A stretch of DNA of 14,372 nt from Fibrobacteria bacterium (GTDB taxonomy: Bacteria; Fibrobacterota; Fibrobacteria; UBA11236), in NCBI GenBank assembly GCA_043745805.1, contig JAYTSD010000007.1:1-14372 (forward strand), written 5' to 3'. Position 1 is the stretch's first letter. Each line of letters starts with the position of its first letter. Below the pieces are notes generated by a model. It saw nothing but the letters and a program-made list of their open reading frames with translations, ran no database searches and was not told the DNA's origin. The translations under genes and the position numbers were made by a program. Shown here one piece after another: positions 1 through 8,146 of this stretch.

Positions 1-43
1 CACCTGATCCGCGACGACAATGTTTTAAAATTTCCTCTATCAT
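1..43 (-). CDS. 5' end of a gene running off the left edge of the window (MIEEILKHCRRGSG...), product unknown
   Basis: Minus strand reads AAAAAAGGAGAACTG-ATG ATA GAG GAA ATT TTA AAA CAT TGT CGT CGC GGA TCA GGT: AAGGAG Shine-Dalgarno (49-54) 5 nt before the ATG at 43, open to the window edge, same orientation as all other genes. Only 14 codons are visible. Confidence 0.55.
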   Translation of the reverse strand, partial: MIEEILKHCRRGSG

Positions 44-101
44 CAGTTCTCCTTTTTTAAGTTTGAACTGGTTCGAAAATTCACTCAAATAAGATCAAAA
101 T

Positions 102-1832
102 TTAATGACTCATCCCTTGATAAAAGTTTACAACTAGTGGATCGACCATTACATCTTCCCGACGAATTGGTCTTTCCAAAGTTAAACCTTGAAGAGTGGT
201 ACACCTACTCAATGCAACATATAGTTGGCCAGCTTCAAATGTATTTCCAAGATTCAAGTGTACTTTATCGAATGTCTGTCCTTGACTTTTATGGATTGTT
301 AATGCCCATGCAAGTCGTAATGGAAATTGAATAAAAGAGCCCACCACTTGGCGTTTCAACAAACCATCAATTGATACGTAGGCTATTTTTTCGAATTTAT
401 CTCTTCCAACCAATACACATTTTTTTCTACCACTTATCTCTATTTCTATTTCGTCATGGTAAAGTTTTTTGACTTTTCCAAGTGTTCCATTTACCCATCT
501 TCTTTCTGGATCGTTGCGAACAAACATGACCTGCGCACCAACTTTCAGCTTTAATACGATCTCCACTCGGAGATCAATTTCATAAATTTTACCTTCTCGA
601 ATACCTTCATAAGATCGTTCTGGATCCGGTAAATGCTCCAGTTTTCGGGAATTAATGGAATCTACTATTCGATTGTGTGTTGAAAGTGTTAAGAGTGATT
701 CTCGTTGTTCCTCTTGGCTAGGGTAAACTCGATGGTTCAATGCTTCTATTAAGTTGTCGTCTATATTTCCTACTCGAATTTTATTCAACATTGAAAGAAA
801 ATCTGGATCTGATTGACGGTAAACTTTAGTCAACTCTATTCTTTTAAAGTCCCCATTTAAAAAAGCCTTTGAATCAAAGAAATAACGGCTGGAATATACT
901 ACGGAGTGATGAGGTTCTTCATCTTCGTTAAGCACAGGAGGAAGTTGAAATAAATCCCCCACACAAATAATTCTAACCCCACCAAATGGCAAATTTTGAT
1001 TCGGACCCCATTTTCTAAGATACCTGTCTATTGCATCAAAAACGTCGGCACGAACCATTGATATCTCATCAATTACCAATACTTTTATATTAAAATGAAG
1101 ATCACTACCATTTCGCTCGCGAGCAATCCCAGGTAAAAGAAGTCCGGTTTGAAATCCAAAAAATGAATGTATAGTTTGCCCGCTAACATTGGTTGCTGCA
1201 ATACCAGTTGGCGCTAAGATGGCAATATTTTTCTCATATTGTTTTACGAAATATTTTATTAGGGTAGTTTTTCCTGTACCAGCTTTTCCGGTTAAAAAAA
1301 GATTATCCTCACCAGAATGAAGTTCATTTAAAACTCCTAAAGACTCATCTGTAAATTCTGGATCTTGGGTTTTATCAGTAACCTTCGGCTCAATAATTAT
1401 TTTTCGATCAATTTTAATTTTGGTATTAAAACTTTTTGCCGTTCTTTCATTATTAGCAATACTATTCTCATTTTGGGATTGATATTTTTCCAACTTCCGA
1501 ATATTCAACGGAGATATTTCGTCTTTTGAAACGGGGAGTTTCCATTGCCTGAACAAAGATTCGATTTCAATTAGAATGGATTTGAGTGATTTAATAACCG
1601 CCTCCGGTCTAATTTCGATATAATATTTGATACCTCGATAATTTGTTACGACTGTTACATCCCGAGAAATCCTATGATCTGCATTCAGAAGATGAATAGC
1701 TATTTTTTCTTGGTGACACCAAAAATCCAAATCTATATCAACAGTCCTAGAATTTCGTCGAAACTTTATTCCCATTTTTTTACTGCGTAAATGTTCCCAA
1801 AGTTTTTCTGAAGCTGAATACTTCAAATCCAT
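102..1832 (-). CDS. Pif1-family (SF1B, RecD-like) ATP-dependent DNA helicase with an N-terminal degenerate DUF559/Vsr-like domain
   Basis: Helicase motifs: I LTGKAGTGKT, Ia APTGIAA, Ib TIHSFF, II VIDEISM, Pif1-type segment ending NLPFGG, III GDLFQLPPV, IV VYRQ, LKVGAQVMFVRN...WVNG, V QFPLRLAWALTIHKSQGQT, VI GQLYVALSR. N-terminus SEKLWEHLRSKKMGIKFRR...DFWCHQEKIAI resembles DUF559. Confidence 0.9.
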   Translation of the reverse strand: MDLKYSASEKLWEHLRSKKMGIKFRRNSRTVDIDLDFWCHQEKIAIHLLNADHRISRDVTVVTNYRGIKYYIEIRPEAVIKSLKSILIEIESLFRQWKLPVSKDEISPLNIRKLEKYQSQNENSIANNERTAKSFNTKIKIDRKIIIEPKVTDKTQDPEFTDESLGVLNELHSGEDNLFLTGKAGTGKTTLIKYFVKQYEKNIAILAPTGIAATNVSGQTIHSFFGFQTGLLLPGIARERNGSDLHFNIKVLVIDEISMVRADVFDAIDRYLRKWGPNQNLPFGGVRIICVGDLFQLPPVLNEDEEPHHSVVYSSRYFFDSKAFLNGDFKRIELTKVYRQSDPDFLSMLNKIRVGNIDDNLIEALNHRVYPSQEEQRESLLTLSTHNRIVDSINSRKLEHLPDPERSYEGIREGKIYEIDLRVEIVLKLKVGAQVMFVRNDPERRWVNGTLGKVKKLYHDEIEIEISGRKKCVLVGRDKFEKIAYVSIDGLLKRQVVGSFIQFPLRLAWALTIHKSQGQTFDKVHLNLGNTFEAGQLYVALSRCTTLQGLTLERPIRREDVMVDPLVVNFYQGMSH

Positions 1833-1838
1833 TTTGAA

Positions 1839-2546
1839 TTATGGCTCCACGCAAGTATTCGAAATTTTATTTCTGCAAATGAAAAACATCATAACAAATC
1901 CAATCGAAATCATTATTGCCGAAGAGGGTTCTGGAACAGCAGGTGCATTATAAGTTTCAATTGAGGAAAGAATCAAAGTGCCCCCGATACTTGCGTTTGT
2001 TTCAATAAAATATGGGTTCCCTGTGTTTTCACGCATAACTAAACTGTCACCGATTTGCATTTCATTAAAGTAAGAGTTGTAGGATGTTAGTGTAAGAGCT
2101 CCATATGGACTAGGATTTGAAAAAAGTCTTGACTTTATCGGCCCATTAAAATTTGCCACTACATTTAACCCAACATTTCTAATAAGTTCGTGAGGTGGCG
2201 AATAACTCTCTTCAAGCGTTGGCCGATAATGATTCCCATTAATCAAATCGACAAATGGAGTTCCACTTAAATATTTGGAAAAATAAAGATCGTAAATATT
2301 TCCATAGTCTGCTTCATTGTAATATTGCAAACTTCCATCTGAACCAACAAATTCTCCATTTCTTTCAAAATCAACGAGCATTTTATACTCTAGGCTTTCC
2401 CCACTTTGAATATTATTTGCTCGTAGCAAACCGCTTGCATCATAATCAGTGTTTGAGGTAATAACTCCACTGAAAGTATAAACCAAGGGTACAGCAAAAG
2501 AAATATTTATTCCGACAACAATTATTAAGAGTAATAGATTTTTCAA
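1839..2546 (-). CDS. PEP-CTERM sorting-domain secreted/surface protein (exosortase substrate)
   Basis: Signal-peptide-like N-terminus MKNLLLLIIVVGINISFA; C-terminal VPEP (nt 1926-1937) followed by hydrophobic SSAIMISIGFVMMFFIC and basic RNK. TTG start at 2546 with GAGGA 10 nt upstream. Confidence 0.88.
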   Translation of the reverse strand: MKNLLLLIIVVGINISFAVPLVYTFSGVITSNTDYDASGLLRANNIQSGESLEYKMLVDFERNGEFVGSDGSLQYYNEADYGNIYDLYFSKYLSGTPFVDLINGNHYRPTLEESYSPPHELIRNVGLNVVANFNGPIKSRLFSNPSPYGALTLTSYNSYFNEMQIGDSLVMRENTGNPYFIETNASIGGTLILSSIETYNAPAVPEPSSAIMISIGFVMMFFICRNKISNTCVEP

Positions 2547-2618
2547 ATTGTTAACATCCTCAATTAAATGGGTTTTGTTTCAGTATTCATGTTCAAATTT
2601 GTGCAACCCATAATTCTC

Positions 2619-5297
2619 TTACTTCGCCCCAAAATGCTGCTTCAATCCCATCAAAGTCATGTTCTCCGCAATTGCATCATGCGGAATTAATAGATAGATC
2701 CACTGCTTTCCATTACAAGTCTGCGCATGTTCACTAGCCAACTTGCACCATTTCACCGCAGCAGCTTGCTTCGCTAATACTTCTCCATCCATCATTTGAT
2801 TACTGGCTTTAGGTTCGAGCATATAAATACACTCCGAAGTTTCCGCTACAAAGTCAGGCTGGTATTCATGATGGTCTACCCCCCATTTATAAGTAATTTG
2901 AAATTGGCCTTTTGCTGGTTTGAACCATTTTATAGACTCTCTTTCCAGTATCACCGACATTTTACGTTCTGCATCCGAATGAAACTTTTGCATTGGATAT
3001 AGGCAATGCTTAAAGCCTCCGAATAAATACTTCGCCATATTGCTTTTGTCGCTAGGTGAAATATGATAATCGAGAATAGCCTCATTAACCGACTTGGTAT
3101 AAGCACACTCTTTTAATTCTGAAAAGCCTTTAGAAATATGCGTTTCATAATCTACGGCCTCTTCCCAATAATGATTCTGCATTTGGGAATGAATAAAGCG
3201 GGCAATATCCTTTTGATAAACGCGTAAAACTTTCCTCATTTCATCTTCTGGCAAGTAATTTTTGAAATGGGTAACCGTTTGTGAAGCCAAATCGAAAAGC
3301 AAATCAGCATGATCATCATAGGCTATATCATTAAAATCCACTAGGCCGCTCACGATATAATCTTCTAATCTTTTTTCCTCAACTCCACCGCGACCAACAC
3401 CTAATATTTCTAATTGATTCGTGCGCAGATGTTGTATCCATAAATCTTCCGAAGGAGCAGAGTAAGTCAGCGACCTCAAATCAAGTTTAAAAGATTTAAA
3501 GCCAGATTTAACTTGGGTTTTCGGCACCACTATAATGCGCGGTATATTTATGGTTTGCTGCACGGCGTATTCAATGGTTTTTTGAACAACATTTGCAATG
3601 TCTATGCTAGGCCTTAATCCCTCAAGTTCGGTTTGAAAAGGCTGATATTCTTCCGTAACCAACTGTATTATTTCTTTTTGTAAGTTTGCTGCATATAAAG
3701 AATCAATAGAAGGTGCTTTCTGCGGTTGATTTTCCAATTGCTTGATCGCTTCGAAAGTGATTTGAGAAATTTTTAAGTCTTCTTTATTGGTAAATAAACT
3801 TTGATGACTCGATTCTGTTGGCAATTGACTTGTAGGAGTTGATTGTGAAGGTAAACCCAAATTTTTAGCCAAATTTGATTGAGAAATAACCGTTTCGGTT
3901 TTTTCTTGCAATTGATCGCCATTCAATACCACTTGTTGCAAATGAATAGCCGAGCCGGGCTTATTGGCTTCTTCGATAATTTCTTGAAATTTATCATGGG
4001 CGATAATATTTAATCTATCTACTGAAGTCACACCCGTGCGCTTTCCATAAGGAAGACGCAAACCACGGCCTATGGACTGCTCAATGAGAGTCCGTGCATT
4101 CGCGGCCCGCAAAGGAATAATGGTATAAAGATTGGTGACATCCCAACCTTCCTTTAACATATTCACATGGATCACAATTTCCGTTGGTTCATCGGTACGT
4201 TCTACTTTGAGTAAACGTTCCACCATCTCATCTTCTTCCGCACCCGATTTACTCGAATCCACCTGAATAATTTTGGTTTTATAACGACCTTCAAAAAAAG
4301 CATCGGACTGTATGAGCTGCATAAGTTGCGAAGCATGAGTTGTTTCTCTGGCGATAATCAATACAAATGGTTTGATAATGGGTAATCCCATTTCACGCGC
4401 ATAAGTTTCCAACTCCACCTTCACACTTTCATGCAAGCGCACGCCATCTTCCAGCTTAAGCCTTTCTATTTCTTCTACAGACATTTTTGCAGGATTAAAA
4501 TCTTTGCGTGTTACTACTGCGGGTTCTTTCACAAAACCATCGGCCATCGCTACACCCAATGGATAATCATAAATAACATTTTTAAATGGGATAGCCCCTT
4601 TAGATGTTTCTATAAGAGGAGTTGCCGTCAGCTCCAAACCGATCACTGGTTTTAATTCATTGATAGCCTTCACACCCGCAGAAGCGCGATAACGATGGGA
4701 TTCATCCATGATTAAAGCCAAGTCTGATAAACTTGCTAGGTAATCAAAATAACTTTGCCCTATATATTCGGAGAGACGCTTGATACGCGGCATTTTTCCA
4801 CCACGCACTTCTGAATTAATTTTCGATATATTAAAAATATTTATGCGGACGCCACCAAAAAGAGTATCATGCGCTTGGTCATAATTATCACCATTAATTA
4901 AGTTTGGCGGATTAACCGCAAATTCGGCTATACCTTTGAAAACATATTTGGAAGTGTTTGGAGTAAAATCGGTAATGAGTTTATTATAAATCGTTAGATT
5001 CGGTGCTAATACAAAAAAATTTTGAATACCATGCGCTAAATGTAAATAGCTGATAAATGCTCCCATCAAGCGAGTTTTACCTACACCCGTGGCTAAAGCA
5101 AAACAAAGCGAAGGAAATTCTCGTTCGAAATCAAGCACAGAAGGAAATTCACTTTTAATAATCGCAAGTGCATTTTCTAAGTCCACATTTTTTTGTGGAG
5201 GAACGATTTCCGCTATGCGTGCTAATATTTCTAATGATCGACGTTGTGGAGGTCTAAGGCTTAAACGGCCTGATATGGAGTTGATATGCTTATTCAT
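2619..5297 (-). CDS. res: Type III restriction-modification restriction subunit Res (SF2 helicase-like ATPase plus C-terminal PD-(D/E)xK nuclease)
   Basis: LRPPQ (Q motif), FALATGVGKT (Walker A), IMDESH (Walker B), LTATP, VNMLKEGWD, EQSIGRGLR (motif VI); C-terminal YQPDFVAET...MLEPK nuclease motif; downstream of a beta-class adenine MTase; ATGA overlap with the upstream yhcG stop (5294-5297). Confidence 0.9.
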   Translation of the reverse strand: MNKHINSISGRLSLRPPQRRSLEILARIAEIVPPQKNVDLENALAIIKSEFPSVLDFEREFPSLCFALATGVGKTRLMGAFISYLHLAHGIQNFFVLAPNLTIYNKLITDFTPNTSKYVFKGIAEFAVNPPNLINGDNYDQAHDTLFGGVRINIFNISKINSEVRGGKMPRIKRLSEYIGQSYFDYLASLSDLALIMDESHRYRASAGVKAINELKPVIGLELTATPLIETSKGAIPFKNVIYDYPLGVAMADGFVKEPAVVTRKDFNPAKMSVEEIERLKLEDGVRLHESVKVELETYAREMGLPIIKPFVLIIARETTHASQLMQLIQSDAFFEGRYKTKIIQVDSSKSGAEEDEMVERLLKVERTDEPTEIVIHVNMLKEGWDVTNLYTIIPLRAANARTLIEQSIGRGLRLPYGKRTGVTSVDRLNIIAHDKFQEIIEEANKPGSAIHLQQVVLNGDQLQEKTETVISQSNLAKNLGLPSQSTPTSQLPTESSHQSLFTNKEDLKISQITFEAIKQLENQPQKAPSIDSLYAANLQKEIIQLVTEEYQPFQTELEGLRPSIDIANVVQKTIEYAVQQTINIPRIIVVPKTQVKSGFKSFKLDLRSLTYSAPSEDLWIQHLRTNQLEILGVGRGGVEEKRLEDYIVSGLVDFNDIAYDDHADLLFDLASQTVTHFKNYLPEDEMRKVLRVYQKDIARFIHSQMQNHYWEEAVDYETHISKGFSELKECAYTKSVNEAILDYHISPSDKSNMAKYLFGGFKHCLYPMQKFHSDAERKMSVILERESIKWFKPAKGQFQITYKWGVDHHEYQPDFVAETSECIYMLEPKASNQMMDGEVLAKQAAAVKWCKLASEHAQTCNGKQWIYLLIPHDAIAENMTLMGLKQHFGAK

Positions 5298-6484
5298 TTT
5301 GGGGTGCGTTTCTTTTTATGAATAGTTTTTGCAGCTGTATGCAATGAAATAGATTCCATTTCGCGACGTAATTCACGTTGTAAAGTATCTACAGTTGGAA
5401 GAGCATATTGGTATTTGCTAGTGAATATCTGCCTTTGCTTCTCATCCAACACATACTTTACCACCGCATCATTTTTACTTGTGCAAAGAATTAATCCTAT
5501 AGTGGGATTTTCATTTTTTGCTTTTATCTCACGGTCATAATAATGCACATACATTTGCATCTGCCCCAAATCGCCATGACTTAGTTTTTTTGTCTTTAGA
5601 TCAATAATGACATAGCATTTTAGCTTAATATGATAGAATACAAGATCAGGATAAAAATGATCACCTTCTAAGGTCAGTCTTTTCTGTCTGCCCACATAAG
5701 CAAAACCACTCCCCAATTCCAATAAAAAATCTTTGAGCTTAGAAATAAGTGCCTTTTCAACTTTTGTTTCGACAAGCCGATGTGATTCTGGCAAATCAAG
5801 AAATTCAAGAATAAAAGGATCTTTGATAATATCAATAGGTTTGGAAATTTCCTGCCCCTTATTTGCTAGAGCAAGTAAGCCTTTTTTATCTCGACTTTTT
5901 AGTAAGCGTTCAAACAAAAGAGAGTTAATCTGTCGTTCTAATTGCCTCCCACTCCAATTATTGTGAATGGTTTCGATTTCATAAAAATTTCGAGCATCAA
6001 TTCTATCTACCTTCGATAAGGTACGATAATGTCTAGAGCTTAGAGATGTATGTAATTGCCCAGGAGTCCAATTGGCTAATGTCAATTCGTCACCCAGTGG
6101 GTGATGAATTGGAGATAATCGAGATTCGTCATCCACTGGGTGACGAATTGCCTTCAGCAGATTTGGATATGCCTGATAAAAAATGCGCATGTATTTCAAA
6201 GAGCTAATAGAAAATCCTGCTCCATACTCCTTAGAAAGATTTTCTGAAAGGTAGCTGAACAATTGTTCGCCATACCCTGCTCGCTTTTTTCCGCGTTGCA
6301 GCGCTTCCACAATTTGACGACCGATTAACCAACTCGCTTTAACATGGGCGGTATCAACCGACCGTGCAACCTGTGATCGAGATGCTTCCCAAATACTACG
6401 GATTTCGGATAGCAGATTAGCCGGTGGTTTATCGGATGATACCGTAACGGATTTTTTCTTCGATGTAGATGATTTTTCTTTCAT
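5294..6484 (-). CDS. yhcG: YhcG / DUF1016 family PD-(D/E)xK nuclease-domain protein
   Basis: N-terminal WLIGRQIVE...RAGYG...LSKEYGAGFS..SLKYMRIFY; central ARNFYEIE...NNWSGRQLERQINSLLFER and IIKDPFILEFL; C-terminal FLLELGSGFAYVGRQKR, FYPDLVFYH...YVIIDLK, DLGQMQMYV, ENPTIGLILC. ATGA overlaps with both mod (6481-6484) and res (5294-5297). Confidence 0.9.
   Translation of the reverse strand: MKEKSSTSKKKSVTVSSDKPPANLLSEIRSIWEASRSQVARSVDTAHVKASWLIGRQIVEALQRGKKRAGYGEQLFSYLSENLSKEYGAGFSISSLKYMRIFYQAYPNLLKAIRHPVDDESRLSPIHHPLGDELTLANWTPGQLHTSLSSRHYRTLSKVDRIDARNFYEIETIHNNWSGRQLERQINSLLFERLLKSRDKKGLLALANKGQEISKPIDIIKDPFILEFLDLPESHRLVETKVEKALISKLKDFLLELGSGFAYVGRQKRLTLEGDHFYPDLVFYHIKLKCYVIIDLKTKKLSHGDLGQMQMYVHYYDREIKAKNENPTIGLILCTSKNDAVVKYVLDEKQRQIFTSKYQYALPTVDTLQRELRREMESISLHTAAKTIHKKKRTPK
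6083..6150. repeat. Two 29-bp imperfect palindromes (6083-6111 and 6122-6150) at a 39-bp period inside yhcG
   Basis: Plus strand: CAATTCGTCACCC-AGT-GGGTGATGAATTG and AGATTCGTCATCC-ACT-GGGTGACGAATTG. They encode the 13-aa repeat IRHPVDDESRLSP / IHHPLGDELTLAN. Confidence 0.85.
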
Positions 6485-8145
6485 TCACCCTCACTATCAA
6501 AAAGATTGGGCTGCCCCGAACTAGTTTTTTTTGTGATAATAGCGGAGTTATCATAACTAATAGGCGCTTTGGGAAGATTTTCCACATTTAAGCTGTAATC
6601 ATCATGTCCCCATTCGCAACGGGATAAGACTTGCTTAGGGATTTTTTTTACTGTTAAGTTTTGAAAATGCTCACCGTTTCCACGAAAAGCAGAGCATAAT
6701 ACCAACAAAGATCTATCCGGGCCTACCTCATCGCTTAGCAATTGCAATTGCTCTGGACTTAAATTTTGTGTGGTGACATAAATAAAATCGGTTTCGGTAG
6801 AATGGCCATGTTGCCAATACAAACTATCACTAGGTGCGTAAGTAAACCCTTCCAGCTTACAAATGGCTTCGGCTAGCATGGCGGCATTGAATTCTTTACT
6901 CACAACCCAATTGTCCCATTTGTCTTTTTCAAGCAATGATGGCGCAAGTTTGTAATAGCGAAATCCACCTCCACCTTTCCAATTCATAGCTTCGGTGATA
7001 CCACCTTTGTCTTCGTCGTCGATTACTTTTTTAAGACGTGGAATAATGTGGGTATGGCAATGCTCGCCTAATTCGATCATAATCCAACGCCTGCCCATTT
7101 TATGTGCTACTGCACCTGTGGTGCCAGAGCCTGCGAAGGAATCGAGAACGAGATCGCCGGGGTTGGTTGCGATTTGTAAGATGCGATTAATTAATCGTTC
7201 CGGTTTTGGCGTGTCAAAAGGAACAACATCGCGAAACAGCGCCTGAATTTCGCGTTTAGCTTCTTGTGAATGCCCAACTTCTGTGTGAGGCCACCAGCTA
7301 CGAGGAACGAGGCCAGATTGAACCTCATTAAGAAATAATTTGATTGCTGGAACGTTGTCGCCGTCCTGTCCAAATACAATTCGCCCCTCATTGACCAACA
7401 TCCAAAAATCAGACTCAATCATTCGCCAGTGACTACCTTTCGGTGGCGCAATTTTTCGGCCAGACGGAGTCGTAATTGAGTACATCAACCCTTCATGACG
7501 CTCCTCAGCCGCAAAGATGGGACCATGACGCCACGGCCCCCGAGGATCGTTATCAGGATTGTTGTATTTGCTTGTGCTTTTCTCATCACGAGGTAGCAAA
7601 CGTCTAACCTGTTTCCAATTCGCGCCCATTTTTGAATAGACGAGAATATGATTGTGACATGGTGAAATAGCCGCCGCGTTACTGCGCCCATAGAAGTTTT
7701 CCCATACCAATGCCGAAACAAAATTCTTTCGACCAAATACTTCATCGCACAATACTTTGAGGTAATGTGCTTCATTATCGTCGATAGTGATCCACAACGA
7801 ACCTTCGTTCGAGAGCAACTTATGAATGATCTCCAACCGATCTCTTATCAGTGATAACCAAAGTGAATGTTCGATACCGTCGTCATAATGTTCAAATGCA
7901 GAGCCAGTATTATAAGGTGGATCAATAAATACACATTTCACTTTACCTGCGAATTCTTGCTCCAATGCTTTAAGTGCGAGTAGGTTATCTCCGAAAATTA
8001 ATCGGTTATCGAAAATATCGCTTTCAGTAACACGATGTTTTGCGTGATGAGATTGAAGCGGATCTTCTAATAGAATTCGCGGTTCTAATTTTGGGCGAAC
8101 ATCTTTGCCAATCCAGGTGAGTTCAAGTTTGGTTTTTATGGCCAT
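6481..8145 (-). CDS. mod: Type III restriction-modification methyltransferase Mod (beta-class amino-MTase, probably m6A)
   Basis: N-terminal KLELTWIGK, LIFGDNLLALK, catalytic FIDPPYN, WITIDDNE, FDTPKPE, SAM-binding VLDSFAGSGTT, RRWIMIE, WKGGGGFRYY; motif order IV-TRD-I (beta class); paired with res. Confidence 0.92.
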   Translation of the reverse strand: MAIKTKLELTWIGKDVRPKLEPRILLEDPLQSHHAKHRVTESDIFDNRLIFGDNLLALKALEQEFAGKVKCVFIDPPYNTGSAFEHYDDGIEHSLWLSLIRDRLEIIHKLLSNEGSLWITIDDNEAHYLKVLCDEVFGRKNFVSALVWENFYGRSNAAAISPCHNHILVYSKMGANWKQVRRLLPRDEKSTSKYNNPDNDPRGPWRHGPIFAAEERHEGLMYSITTPSGRKIAPPKGSHWRMIESDFWMLVNEGRIVFGQDGDNVPAIKLFLNEVQSGLVPRSWWPHTEVGHSQEAKREIQALFRDVVPFDTPKPERLINRILQIATNPGDLVLDSFAGSGTTGAVAHKMGRRWIMIELGEHCHTHIIPRLKKVIDDEDKGGITEAMNWKGGGGFRYYKLAPSLLEKDKWDNWVVSKEFNAAMLAEAICKLEGFTYAPSDSLYWQHGHSTETDFIYVTTQNLSPEQLQLLSDEVGPDRSLLVLCSAFRGNGEHFQNLTVKKIPKQVLSRCEWGHDDYSLNVENLPKAPISYDNSAIITKKTSSGQPNLFDSEGE

Positions 8146-8146
8146 T

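Noticed and set aside
44-70. CAGTTC...GAACTG inverted repeat around the RBS of the leftmost partial gene
   Set aside because: 6-bp arms with a 15-nt loop can arise by chance; no supporting evidence.
2568-2611. ATGGGTT...AACCCAT inverted repeat between res and the PEP-CTERM gene as a terminator
   Set aside because: Only 7-bp arms with a 30-nt spacer and no U-tract on the minus strand; not a convincing intrinsic terminator.
6083-6150. Mini-CRISPR array interpretation of the yhcG repeats
   Set aside because: Only two copies, a 10-nt spacer, in frame within a coding gene, and no cas genes nearby.
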